A DNA stretch of 64,000 nucleotides, taken from contig OX597818.1 of the NCBI GenBank assembly GCA_951406725.2, forward strand, positions 99,510,001-99,574,000. The letters run 5' to 3'. The notes below the pieces were generated by a model, which had not been told where the DNA came from, ran no database searches, and saw only the letters and a program-made list of their open reading frames with translations. This document shows positions 43,150-57,463 of this stretch, in pieces; positions within the stretch are counted from its first letter, which is position 1; the number at the start of each line of letters is the position of its first letter. The position numbers and the translations under genes are program-made. This DNA is from Octopus vulgaris (taxonomy: Eukaryota).

Positions 43150-44017
43150 CGGGCATTTTACTTTTAACGCAACTGATTATATATAAAGTATTCAGAAAAG
43201 ATAGCAGAAGCATCGAATCATCCACGAGGTCGTAATTCTGATCAAAATCATGATCATGATGATCGTTATCTTTACGATGATCAGCGTTAGTATTCACAGA
43301 GTCTCCGTCAGCAATCACACCAAAACAACGTTAAGTGTGTATCGCACGCCATGTCACAAAGAAGAGTTTAACAGCAAAGATTAGAGACGGTGGAAATAAC
43401 AAAATCGGGCGTGAGAACAATAAAAGTAGTTTTGCATTGTGATAGATTTACAATGCCAAGAAAACATCACAGAGAGTAGAAACAATGCTCACAGCAGTAA
43501 ACTAATCAGCGAGGGCGCCTCTAAGCAGTATATCATCTCTTCTTTCCAGAAGCACCAAACAGTCTTAGATAAAGCAGTCAATCCACTCCGCCATCGAAAA
43601 AGAAGGTAACTACGCTGTCGCTCGACATGCTAGAAACAATAGTGAGATCACTATGCCAAACAGACATATTTTCAAGGGATACGAGACAAACGACCTACAC
43701 CTGGATACATCTCAGTCAACCACAACTCCCTACTTGAATGGGCCATGATACCACAAAACTTGACTAAAAGAATGACTAAACACATCTTATCAGATGGACT
43801 GAGTCAATCTTTGGCCGAAACATAGATAACTTAGTTATCACACACCCTGCTTGTAATGAACACATGGAGGAATGTGTTCTCATATATGATGAGTCCAAAC
43901 GTGGTAGGATGATCACGGTTGAAATATCTTTGTCCAAAGTTACTCGGTTAGGGTTATGAAAGTCATAATAGTAACAGCAGGGCTAAATTATCTCTGATCA
44001 TAAATCTACAACCACAT

Positions 44018-44062
44018 GAATTCAGAGCAGGTATGAGACTAAACAAAATCAACAATAACAAG

Positions 44063-44101
<39 letters not shown>

Positions 44102-44211
44102 AAGAAGTATTAGAAGAGGAATGAGAGAGAAAGAGAGAGAGAGAGAAAGAGATAGAGAGAGAGAATTCAGAGCAGGTATGAGACTAAACAAAATCAACAA
44201 TAACAAGATCG
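44018..44211 (+). repeat. 49-bp exact direct repeat flanking a GA-rich insert copied from 41841-42018
   Basis: GAATTCAGAGCAGGTATGAGACTAAACAAAATCAACAATAACAAGATCG at 44018 and 44163; insert contains GAGAAAGAAGTATTAGAAGAGGAATGAGAGAGAAA, also found near 41898. Confidence 0.9.
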
Positions 44212-44296
44212 TCAACTGCATAAACTTATCTTACCAATAGAACAATAATATCTATCTCACTCAATACAGAAATCTAAATAAATCAGGCATTTATCG

Positions 44297-44854
<558 letters not shown>

Positions 44855-44980
44855 CACATACATAAACGTCGAACGAGGAAGTAGCCTAAATACACAATTA
44901 AAGATACATACATACATACATACATACATACATACATACATACATACATACATACATACATACATACATACATACATACA

Positions 44981-45015
<35 letters not shown>

Positions 45016-46819
45016 GAATACATATACATAAATACATACATCGCCCTCTTCAGTTGCAAAATACAAATTATTAACATTCAGGATATTCATTTATAATTTT
45101 TAGCAAATATTTCATGAGAGTTAGATGTCTATGTATGTATGTATGTATGTATGTATGTATGTATGTATGTATGTATGTATGTATGTATGTATGTATGTAT
45201 GTATGTATGTATGTATGCATGTATGTATGTATGTATGTAAGCATGTATGCATGCATGTATGTATGTATGTATGTATGTATATATGTATATAAGCACAAGC
45301 ACGCAGACACACACGCTCACACACATATATATATATATATACACATATATATGCATGTGTATATGTATATGTGTATGTATGTAGGTAAGTATATATAATA
45401 TGTGTTTGTGTATTGCATATTGAAATAAATATTGCGTTTTGATTAAACAATATGGCGGTACAGTGTATTCGGAGCCCTGAATTTACGAATCGCAAATTAT
45501 TGCTCGACTGAATTTCAATGAGCTATAAGTTATCTTGACCAGAGCCGATCTGGAACTGTTCAACACCGAGAACAACACACCACCTTGGATTGCATAGTTC
45601 CTAATCTTTCCCAGGAAAATAATTCTGCAAGAACATCCCTCTATCATGTTGATTATCAAACATTTTAACGATTCTTTATTCCTAGATGCATGCATATCAG
45701 TAAGAATGAGTGATAACACATTCGATTGTATCAGACCCTTGTGTCCTATTGATATTCATTTAATCGACTCTGGAAAGATGAAAGCTCTGGTGATACTACT
45801 CATTATCTCTATTGGCTCGCTATTGGTTGCACCAAATCTATATCTCAATAGCATACAATACAGTTAAAAATGTGGATCATAGGTTTAACTTATTTAACCT
45901 GTATTGAGAAGCGCTTAATTCTTATTATACATTCCATATCTGATAAGGGAAAATGATGAGTTTCTGCTGGTTGAGGTTTAAGTATTTCAACCTGTTGGCC
46001 TTATTGCTAACAGCTCTCATCTTACACTGGGGGTTAAATTTTTGACGCAAGCAAAGAAACTTAACGTCTCACTTGCAGAGACAAAATAACTAGAATTTGG
46101 TAGTCTTATAAGATATATTTCATTATGTAACTGGGAAAAATGTGAAGGTTTCATAGTAGACTTAAGCCAACTGTCCGTTGGGTTACTAGACAACGTATAG
46201 CTGCCCAAAACATCAAAATGCTGCCCTGATTGTTCTTTTCAGATCATTAAGAAACAATATGAAAAAAAATTACAGGTGACTCTAAAGAGATCATCCCAAT
46301 TATTGAGTAAAGTGTTCTGTAATGATATATTTGGTTTATAATTTTTTATATAACACGGAAGTTATGATAGTGTGGATGAAAGGATCTTGTTTCAATTCAC
46401 TGAGGGATTTATTCCCCTTTTCATCTAATATCAGATAAAAGAACTGTCCCTTACAAAAAAAAAAAAAAAAACCCAAAACAAAGAAAAAACCAAAAACCAA
46501 AAAACGAAACGAAACCAGAAAAGAAAGAAAACATATTCCATACAAAAATAAGATAAATAAACCAACAGAAATCAGCTCAAAATCAAATGCATATGAATAA
46601 TCGCATTCCAGTGACTGATCAAAATGGCCGTGCATAGCGAGGTTGCTTATTTCTCGACTAAGCTAACTAACTGTTAAGTATAGACGGCGTTCTACACTGT
46701 TATTTGCACCGAGCGCTAATTTCCTACTCAGCAGCAACTCCACTAGACTCTTGAATTACTACATTGTCTTTAGTCTTGCAGCAGATAATTCCATTTCATT
46801 TTAATATGGAGAGGAAAGA

Positions 46820-46854
46820 GGTGGGGGTGGGGGTGGGGGTGGAGGTGTGGGGGG
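46820..46854 (+). other. Potential G-quadruplex-forming G-run cluster
   Basis: GGTGGGGGTGGGGGTGGGGGTGGAGGTGTGGGGGG: four runs of at least 5 G. Confidence 0.6.
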
Positions 46855-48173
46855 TAATATGGAGATGGATAGAAGGAATAAAGTGGATGGATAGATGGAT
46901 GGAATGCACGGAGAGGCGTTGCAACACTGATGCAAATGAACTATTAAAGAGTAGAATTAAGTAGTACATATGAGGTTAGCTTTGATTTTTTTTTATTAAA
47001 AAAAAATTCAATTTTTTTTTTCGTTTTTGTTATCAGAATCATAATCGCCATCACTACCACCACCACTACTATTACTACCACCACCACCATCACCACCACC
47101 ACCACCACCACCACTGTCATAATCATCATCATCATCATCATCATCAGAGTGTTTAGAGCTTTGCCATTAGATTTTAATTTTCTCTTTTTGTTCTCGACAC
47201 CCATTTGTTCTATTCTTTCTTTATTTCCTCACCTTCGTTCCTTCTTCCCTTCTTTCTTTTATTCTAGTACATCTTCTTCTTCTTCTTCTTCTTCTTCTTC
47301 TTCTTCTTCTTCTTCTTCTTCTTCTTCCCCACTTCCTCTTCTTTCATCTCATCCCCACCCCAGTTATCTTCCCTCGCCCTTTCCCTATTCTTGTTCTGTT
47401 TCTCTTCTTCGTCTTCGTCTTCTTCCACAACTAATACATATTCCGTTCCATTCCCGTTGAATACAGTGGCAACGGCATTACATGTACGTATGCGCGTCCG
47501 CGTGAAGGGGTGAGGTTGGGGAGTAGGTTTGGAATAAAGTAAAATAATTATCGAGCAAGTTGTCAGTCAGTGGCAGCGGTGAGAATGAAGGTAAGTGGAA
47601 CGACAGGGGTGGAGGGATGAATCTGCTAGCGGTAATAACGATATGATATTAAGCTTTGATCTGATTAAACGTCCGTCTAAATACTATCAATTTGGAAGTG
47701 CTTTTCGCAACGATAATTGCAGTTGGTTTATTAGGGAAACTACACACTTCACCATTACACATTTCATGCTGCATTCTTTATATTCTCTGTAATAAGAAAA
47801 TGATTCAGCACATCTCTGTTTAACCTGCAAATATTTCTTCAGTATTCTCTGTGTTGCTTTACATTATATTTTTCTGTTTTGTCTTATCCACCGCAAGCTG
47901 TTGTCTCAGAACACATCAGACATGTTTTGGACGCAATGATATAAGCAGGCATATAAACGCTATTCTATATAACGACATGCTACAAACACCCATATAACAT
48001 AAAAAATACCACCACACAAAGATAAAATATATAAGCTCTCCCCCAATCGACCCGTTGCGTAGGTAGTACCTTCCAGCACATCTCTTTATAACACACTGCA
48101 TCGTTCTGCAACATCTCAATGCTCGTCATCAATCAGCTGAATTCAAACACGTGCCAAAGACAGCCTAAAGCTA

Positions 48174-48755
48174 TTGGGTTGTCCGGAAAGCTCGTGCCGA
48201 TTTATTGTAGCTTACCTTTCGACTTATTTTAGAACATGATTCAGTCCGTAAAATAGGATTTGACTACACCTCCATTTAGAGCATAGTTTAAGCTATATTT
48301 TCGTGGAAGAAGGTTTCTGTTCCTATAACCTATGTTTATTCTGTAACCCTTTAATTCTGTAACCTGGGAGATAAGAAAGTTCATTTTCGGCAGCTGATGC
48401 TTTTCTTTTTCCGTAAAGGGAAAAATGCCTCACGAGCAACCAAAGAAATATGCGCGGTTTACGGTGATGTTTCTTTATCCGAACGAACTGTACGGAAGTG
48501 GTTCGCAAGGTTCCGAACTGGAGATTTTAGCCTTGTTGATAAAGAGCGATCAGGCAGATCATCCACTACAGATGATGACCAAATCAAGTCATTAATTGAA
48601 AATAACCCGCATTGCACAATCCGAGAATTGGCAGAAAGCCTCAACCTATCAAAATCTGTCGTTCATGAGCACCTGGTAAAGCTTGGGTAATGGCAAGTAC
48701 TTTTTGACCTTTTTCTTTCCTTTAAAAATCGGCACGAACTTTCCAGACAACCCAA
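48174..48755 (+). mobile_element. Internally deleted mariner element (582 bp) with TA target duplications
   Basis: TIRs TTGGGTTGTCCGGAAAGCTCGTGCCGATTT / AAATCGGCACGAACTTTCCAGACAACCCAA, TA on both sides. Confidence 0.92.
48364..48690 (+). pseudogene. Mariner transposase N-terminal bipartite HTH DNA-binding domain only
   Basis: (CTG)GDKKVHFRQLMLFFFRKGKNASRATKEICAVYG...TVRKWFARFRTGDFSLVDKERSGR...ENNPHCTIRELAESLNLSKSVVHEHLVKLG*; catalytic domain absent. Confidence 0.88.
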
Positions 48756-48972
48756 TATATACCACACGGATCGAGACTCAATAAACCAAAATGTCGACAA
48801 TGAGGGGAACTTCTACGTTCCGCTAGAAATATCAGCAAAATATCTCAGTTAAACGTACAGACATAGAGGATAATGTAGTCTGAGATGATGAATTCTCTCA
48901 AGAAAGACGGGATGGAATCGGGGTTGAATATCTTTGATCATACATTTCGCTCGACCAGAGCTGACAGTTTAT

Positions 48973-48974
48973 TC

Positions 48975-49043
<69 letters not shown>

Positions 49044-49135
49044 AACAACAACGACGACGACGACGACGACGACGAACAACATCAACAACAACAACAGCAG
49101 CAGCAGCAGTAACAACAGCAACGACAACAACAACA
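48973..49135 (+). repeat. (CAA)n(CGA)n(CAG)n trinucleotide array
   Basis: Direct reading; follows an old retroposon-like repeat as its tail. Confidence 0.9.
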
Positions 49136-49479
49136 TGTAATGTCATCGACAATTCGTATATGATATCGTATTACATATTGCTATATGTGATGCGTGATAT
49201 AAACATCTCTCTCTCTATCTATCTATATATCTACCTATCTATCTATATACGTATACATACATGCATATATGCATGCATACCTTTATGCATTATATATATA
49301 ATGCATACAGGCATGTATATATATATATATATATACGAGAGGTATTGATATCTAGAAGACCCAACGTGTGTCAGGTAACGCTAAGTAAGTGCTATGAACA
49401 GACCGTAGTTAAACTCTTGGTTCGATAATGATACGAGTGAGGAGTCTAATGTGGGTCTCCTATTAGCATGCATATATGT

Positions 49480-49521
<42 letters not shown>

Positions 49522-49562
49522 AATAGCGACAAGCATATTTTGCTATAATTATGTTTTCGAAG

Positions 49563-49683
49563 AGTGGTGAATTGGCAGAGTGGTTTGATCATTGGATAGA
49601 ACGCATTGTGGTATTTAATTTGCCTCTCTGCATTCTGAGTTCAAATCTAGCCCAAGTCGATCTCCCCTCTCATCCATTCGGGT
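49563..49683 (+). mobile_element. Diverged SINE family B head
   Basis: GTGGTGAATTGGCAGAG...TTCTGAGTTCAAATC...GTCGA...TCATCCATTCGGG matches the reverse complement of 1-116. Confidence 0.65.
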
Positions 49684-49810
49684 TCTGCAAAAGAATTACC
49701 GATCAAAGACGGTGGAATGCGAGGCAATCGGAAAGTAGCCACTCCAGCATTTTGTTTTCTGACAGCAAAATCTGTCAGAACAATAGAACCATAGCGTATC
49801 AGCTTGAAGG

Positions 49811-49855
<45 letters not shown>

Positions 49856-51836
49856 CATGACCAAAGGGGTGCATCTATATGTATACAGGATCATTTGCAT
49901 GCATTTTATAAAACATTTAAAGGGACGTTATAAATGCCTTGTGCAATTTTAAATTATAAAAAAATTCAATTTGCTTAATTATTTTAAAATGGCTTTGCAC
50001 CAAGTGTCGGCATGATATTAGGCTTCGTCGTTAAAGCAGGAGGCTTTTAGCAGCTTGAGATGAGGATCAAACCAATTAATTTCGATGTAATTACAACTCA
50101 AAAGGATTTGCTTACCTTCTCCGTCCATGGTAGTGGCAGAAATCTACTTATTAAAATGTAAGCAAGATTGCATGCAGTACAGCTCATTTACATAATGGTT
50201 TATGGTTGAGAGCCACACTTTAATTAGCACAGCAGAGAGTCAGCTATGAATAATTAATAAACTCTCACACACACATACACACACAGTTCACGCGCGCTCA
50301 CAGACACACACATTCCCACATTCCTACACATAATCATAAACATACACGTCGGCATTATATGAATGAAATGACTATAAGCTAAGAGAAATAACTCATACTG
50401 GGCAGTAGCATATATTTGAGTAGCAATAATAATATGTTTAATTATAGTATTAGATACAACAGGGGTATATTAAATACCGTGGAAGACAGATTTTTAATCT
50501 ATTGAAATTAGTTCTGTTTCCCGAAATGGTGGAATAATCGCTTGGTGGTATTTGGGACCAACACCAATAAGAAAGGGAGATAATCTGAAGGAACATAAGA
50601 TTTTATATACTGACATGTCACGAAGGAAAAAAGTAGTGCAATTGTCAAGACAAAAAAGACAAGAGGAGGTGTGGATGTGTTTCTGCCTATACTGTTTAAT
50701 GGTTATCTTATCTCCAGCAGAGGGATACTCGGACATTTTATACTTTTATATACCTCGATAAAGGAGCTGAGAGACATAACTAAGTGTGGTCAGTGTTATG
50801 TATCGAAAGAATAAATGTAAACAAGTGTATATTATATACCAGACAAAACAGATTCGTGATTTATTAAAATTTTTCTCTGCTTCCAAGGAGGGTAGAACAA
50901 TCGATTGGTGAAACATATAGGCTGGCTGTGGAATTTATCAGCACTTCATATTATTTGTGCTGACAGCCACTCTTCCTCTTTTAAAGTGCTGCATATATAA
51001 GGCGCAGTTGTTCATTTTGTGTATTACCCTACGGTGATCCTACCTGAGTTGTTTTAAAGTTAATAATCTATGATTTCTTGATTTCGAAGTGTTAAATTCC
51101 CCAAAGATAAAACACGCATGCTTTCTTTCTCAAACAAAAATAAAATGTATATTTATAAAAAAGAAAAGACAATCATAATAAAACAGTGTTGATAAGCACA
51201 TCCCGAAAATCATTGCAGCACATAAGCATATCCCTTTATTGTTTCGCCAATAAAACCAACTTCCAAACATTTTAGCTCCATTTTAACAGCAGCAATTTTC
51301 AATGCACCAATCTTCTGGCGCGATAAAACTGCACAAGTAATGAGGTATGGTCTTCAACTACTGACAGAATATTAACATGCAACCATAAAAATTTTTAATG
51401 CTACTCTCACTAGTGGTATGTAATTCAATAAGTAGTTATTTGCAGCAACCATCTATCTCATCCTAAAAGAAACAAACCATCACGTAAAACCAGCAAAGAA
51501 AAAAAACAAAAACAAAAAAAACACTGTACAGAAATATGAAGCCTTATGGAACAATTATGGCACGTTCACTAAAATATATATCATTCGGCTCCCCTACCAT
51601 CGAATTTTTCGATCCTAGGGGTATTTTTTACCCACGAATGAAACGCTATTATTTATAGATGTATTTGCTTCGAGTTTCACGGAAACTAGTTCTCTCTAGA
51701 AGTTTCTAAATTCTTATGACGCCAACAATACACGCACCCACCTACACACACACACACACACACATACACACACACACACACACACATACACACACACACA
51801 CGCGCGCGCGCGCGCGCACACACACACACAATAACA

Positions 51837-52367
51837 AATTATTAGCGCTAAGCATTGTTTATGTATGAACGGAATTAGGTAAGTTGAAGTATGTTTGTCA
51901 CATTTTCAACTGCTAAAAGGTAAATACACTGAAGTTACATGGAGAAAAGAATCTCTCTTATACCAAGAAGGTGTAAAAACATCCAGTCCGTTCAGTTTTG
52001 CCATCTATGAGGAATCTCAGACATCGATGTTTCAAGCTCTTTCATGTACCTAAGAGAGACAACTCTAAACAGACTTATAAAGATACAGCTTTATGTATAA
52101 TTCAGTCAGCACGTTGACTTATTTGCGCTAGTATAAATACCCGATCGAAGGAAAATTAGGAATTATCAGCGCTAAGCAGTGTTTATGTATGAGTAAAATT
52201 AGGTAAGAATTAGGCATGAGCAGAATTAGATAGCGATACTGAACGGACTGGATGTTTTTTTTTTACCATAAGAGAGATTTTTTTCTCCTCGGTAACTGCA
52301 AAATATTTGCCTTTTAACAGTTGAAATATGTGACGAACATATATCAACTTACCTAATTCTGCTCATA
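51837..52367. mobile_element. Penelope-like partial tandem plus inverted terminal repeat structure
   Basis: 51837-51883 is repeated directly at 52161-52207; 51864-52007 is repeated inverted at 52227-52367; decayed hammerhead half GAAACATCGATGTC on the minus strand near 52020-52033. Confidence 0.6.
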
Positions 52368-52403
52368 TATATATATATATATATATATATTACATACATA
52401 GAA

Positions 52404-52547
52404 GGGGGATGACAACTAAGTGGACATCCATTATGCTAGAAGTAAACCCCCTATGGTCTTACCACCAAGAAAGTATTCTTTCTTAGTGGTAAGACCATAG
52501 AGGGTCTTCTTCTAGCATAATGGATGTCAATTTAGTGGTCATCCCTC
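52404..52547. repeat. Fold-back palindrome, ~70-bp arms, 4-nt loop
   Basis: GGGATGAC..GACATCCATTATGCTAGAAG..CTATGGTCTTACCACCAAGAAAG TATT CTTTCTTAGTGGTAAGACCATAG..CTTCTAGCATAATGGATGTC..GTCATCCC. Confidence 0.92.
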
Positions 52548-52786
52548 TCATATGTATATGTGATATAATGTTTCTGAATATTCAAATCTTTCAATATGCT
52601 AGACTACTGGATTTTAAAATAGATATTAATCAAATTAATATTCAATTATTCACCTTATATATATATAAATTAACTAACAAACTATAACAGGTGTAAGGAA
52701 TGCATGGTTGATTGTGTGGTGTGTGCCTCTGCGTATAGATATGCACACATACATTCCCAACAAATCTACTTAAATACCTGTATTCA

Positions 52787-52829
<43 letters not shown>

Positions 52830-52938
52830 GCCCAAACAAATCCCCCACCACAGATTTTAAAAGCTTACATACCTTAATGCAAAATTTCCTGTACCATTAA
52901 AGATGATTCTTAGTTATATACAAACATATGTACATAAA

Positions 52939-53026
<88 letters not shown>

Positions 53027-53180
53027 ATATCTACCTATCTATCTATCTCTGTCTTTCTGTCTTTCTGTCTACAGATACATGCATACATGCATACATACAT
53101 ATACATACATCGTTCTGTATGTATTTATGTGTATATACTCACACATATACGTACACACACATACACACATACATATATAT

Positions 53181-53224
<44 letters not shown>

Positions 53225-53226
53225 AA

Positions 53227-53279
<53 letters not shown>

Positions 53280-53879
53280 CACAAATAAATATGTATGTAC
53301 ACACAAACACATATTTATGCTTTTACGCATACGCATATACTGCCCTTGCTCCTTAACCTTTTCAAGACTAGCTTTCATCTTCATTGCCGATGTCACAAAA
53401 CATTAACTTTGAGAACTTAGTCTGACTCAATCCTGCTCTGCGCTTCTTTTCATCTTCTCTACCGTGTAGTCTCTCTTTATCTCTTTCACCGTGTCCCTCT
53501 CACCTTTTTTTCTTCCTCTCTTTCTTCTTTTATTATTCAACGCGTTCAAACAGATAGTGTTTTATTAATGCATGATTACTTATGACGCGTGTGTTTTTCC
53601 ATAACTTATTGAAGGTGAGAGAAAACTATGGCAGATGTTTTCAAATTGCTTTTCAAGTGTAGGTTATTCCAAGGCTTTCCAAGTTAATAAATATAACGTA
53701 GAATTTATACGCAAAGTTAACAAACTAAAAAAAATCAACAAACTATATACACACACACACACACACACACAGACATACACACACAAGCACACACATATAC
53801 AAACGCACACACACACACACACATATATATATATACATACATAAAGAAAAAGGAGTACGGTTGGAAATTTATTTATTTT

Positions 53880-53985
53880 TCGCTACAATTGTTTCGACGT
53901 AACGTGGTTCTACAAGAATACAGGTATGTGATCATGCAACTGTTTGGTTGCATAATGAGAGATCTAGTTGTGTTTCCTCAGGCGA
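53880..53985 (-). ncRNA. Type I hammerhead ribozyme motif with ~80-nt stem II extension
   Basis: Minus: TCGC-CTGAGGA-[AACACAAC...ATGCAAC CAAACA GTTGCAT...GTTACGTC]-GAAA-CAATTG-T-A-GCGA; perfect stem I, palindromic stem III, GUA site. Confidence 0.6.
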
Positions 53986-54248
53986 TATACGACTCTTGTT
54001 TCCGTTTGTTTAAAATCGTCGACCTCAAGGCCACCTCTTCTATTCGTCGTGGCTTGAATTTAGTAGCGACTGATAGACCCATAGTGTGTGCCACGAGGGC
54101 GCGTTTGTCGGACTGCTAAGAACGGCAGTAGATGGCTACTCTACCACATTTTTAACAGAATATAATATGACTAACTTAAACACACACAGACACGTACATA
54201 TATGTACGTATATACATATACGTCTATCAATGTGTCTATCTATCTATC

Positions 54249-54702
<454 letters not shown>

Positions 54703-54907
54703 GCATATATACCCGTTTATTGTTACCCGTTGGTGAAAGAGTGGTCAGTTCCGTAGTGGAGATTAATAATATATTTTATTGTGGTCGAGTGAGGCAAGTA
54801 ATGTCTCATAACTTGTCTGAAGACCTTCAGCACCTACAAGTAAAACTCAGTGTTGCAGGAGATTGATTCGACTCAAATAAAATACATTATGTATGCATGC
54901 ATGTATG

Positions 54908-55029
<122 letters not shown>

Positions 55030-56257
55030 AACAGACACACATATACATATAGAACCGAATAGTTTCATGGTGAAGAACTTTCCAAGTGAGAAATGGTAAA
55101 TGATCTATTATGAGACATGGCTGAATAATATATCTTTCCACGCTCGGAAGGCTTTTCAGCATGAAACCGTTCGGTAACCTGAATCGGCTGTCATGGGACT
55201 GCATATCTAATATATTTAATAAGTAATATACTAACTCTATTACTGTTGTACGAGTGCCTGTTTGTTTTTTTCTGAGTTATGAAACACTATTGAACGGGGA
55301 TGCACGCACACACACACACACACACGCACGCACAGTCACACTCATACACATTACACACACACACACACATAGACATCACACACACGCATACACACACATA
55401 TGTATGTATATGCACACATAGATATACATACATATATGTGTATATATATACATATACATACATACATACAAATACATATATATGTGTTTATATATGTATG
55501 TGTGTATGTATATGTTGTATAATATATATTTTTGACATGATTTATAGATCTTACATATAATGTATAGAAAACTTCTGAGTAATTACGTTTGTTTTATTTT
55601 GAAAAACAAATAAACAATAATAGAAACCCCTCTCTTTAAAAATAAGAAGCAAAAGAAAATGTCTGAACGTCTCAAATTATTAATACGATTATTACGTTTA
55701 ATACGATAATACGATTATATTTTTTCGTTACAGACAAAACATTTTTGAAAAACTATTTACATCTATAACACGTTTCTATCAGTTCGGTATCGTAGTGTCA
55801 TTAGATCTTATTATCAGACGTGTACTTAGTATCGCTTGGTTAGAACTGGGATAATTTTCTTCTAAACTAAAGGAACCATTGCGGCCGTGGCACAATGGAT
55901 TAAACGAAGACATCGAGAGTTTAGAAATATAGCTTCTTATTTCGAATTCCAACACAAATCTCTGAACGCATCAAATAATTCTATCGGAATCAAACGTCGT
56001 GTATGTATGTTTGTGTGTATGTATGTATGTATGTATGTATGTATGTATGTATGTATGTATGTATGTATGTATGTATGTTGTATGTATATATGTATGTATG
56101 TTGTATGCATGTATGTATATATATCTATCTATATCGATGTATACATGTACATCCATACACACACACACATATATGTGTATAAACATATATAATAGTAAAA
56201 TGTAGCAGAACAAACACAAAGAATATTGACACCCTCAACCCTCATTCTATCTATCAG

Positions 56258-56320
<63 letters not shown>

Positions 56321-56550
56321 GCCTGCCTTCCTGTCTGCCTGTCTGTCTGTTTGTCTGTCCGCCTGTTTGTCTGTCTCTCTCTCTGTATATGTATATATAT
56401 ATGTATATATATAATAATAATATTAGGGAGTATAAATCCAAACTTACATGGAAAAATTCAATTTAGTATTAAATCAAATTCCACAATATAAATATGGCAT
56501 GATTTACGTCTATCATTGTTTGAATTACATAATAGTGATTTTTCTCTAAT

Positions 56551-56612
<62 letters not shown>

Positions 56613-56674
56613 TATACAAACACATACACACATATTTATCTAATTACATATGTATATATATATACACATATAAA

Positions 56675-56915
56675 TGTCTGTGTGTTTGTGTGTATGTGCC
56701 AGTGCTTGTCCCTTCACCACCGCTTTTCAAGTGGTGGTGGTGTGTTTTATTTCCTTGTCTCACTTAGCTGTTCGACAAAAAGGACCGACTGCACTACTAC
56801 CAAGCCCCATAAAAAAAAAACAAGTACCAGGGTCGATGCATTCGACTAAAATTGTTTTTTATGGCAGTACTCCAGCATGGCCGCAGAGTAATGAATAAAA
56901 CAAGTTAAACATAAG
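56675..56915 (+). mobile_element. SINE family A, 3' half
   Basis: TTGTCCC..CACCACCGCTT...CCAGGGTCGAT..ATTCGACTAAA...CTCCAGCATGGCCGCAG. Confidence 0.7.
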
Positions 56916-57463
56916 CAATAAAAAATAAGCCTCGGTGGATAGCTTCATCTCTTATGACAAATTTAATAATTCGAAATACTCTTATAATGAAATTACCAAA
57001 TAATATACAAACCAAAACGTTTAATATACAATGAAAGAAATATATATATACAGAGTTAACTAATTACTAGTATATAAATCAGAGTAATGAATTATGTTTT
57101 ACACTCTCATTATTATCGAAGATTTAATTAATGTTTTCAAAGTCCTCTCTCTCAATATCACACAATAAGCATTCTAAACATTATAGATCATCAATTCAGT
57201 ACACAAATCTCATTAGGCAAACAAAATTTACTAGCTTCAAAACAGTTCTACTGAAATTATATAAACTACCAACAACACTTGTTAACTAATCTTGCTGTGT
57301 TGTGTCACGCACATATTAATCGGTTTATATTAACAGTAATAATTTCATCGCTCTATACGTTTTCAGTAGAGTGTCTGTTTTATGTGTACATATATGTTTG
57401 TGTGCATTTGTCTGTTCGTCTGTCTGTCTGTTTCCTATATATATATATATATATATATATATA

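Noticed and set aside
45483-45867. Short non-repetitive ORFs, possibly a LINE remnant
   Set aside because: No recognisable motif beyond a PPW tripeptide; unsupported
47585-47596. ATG AAG|GTAAGT plus-strand start and donor
   Set aside because: Isolated motif expected by chance in 64 kb; no acceptor or downstream exon identified
48885-49140. Poly-Asn/Asp/Gln ORF
   Set aside because: Expanded (CAA)n tail of an old retroposon-like repeat
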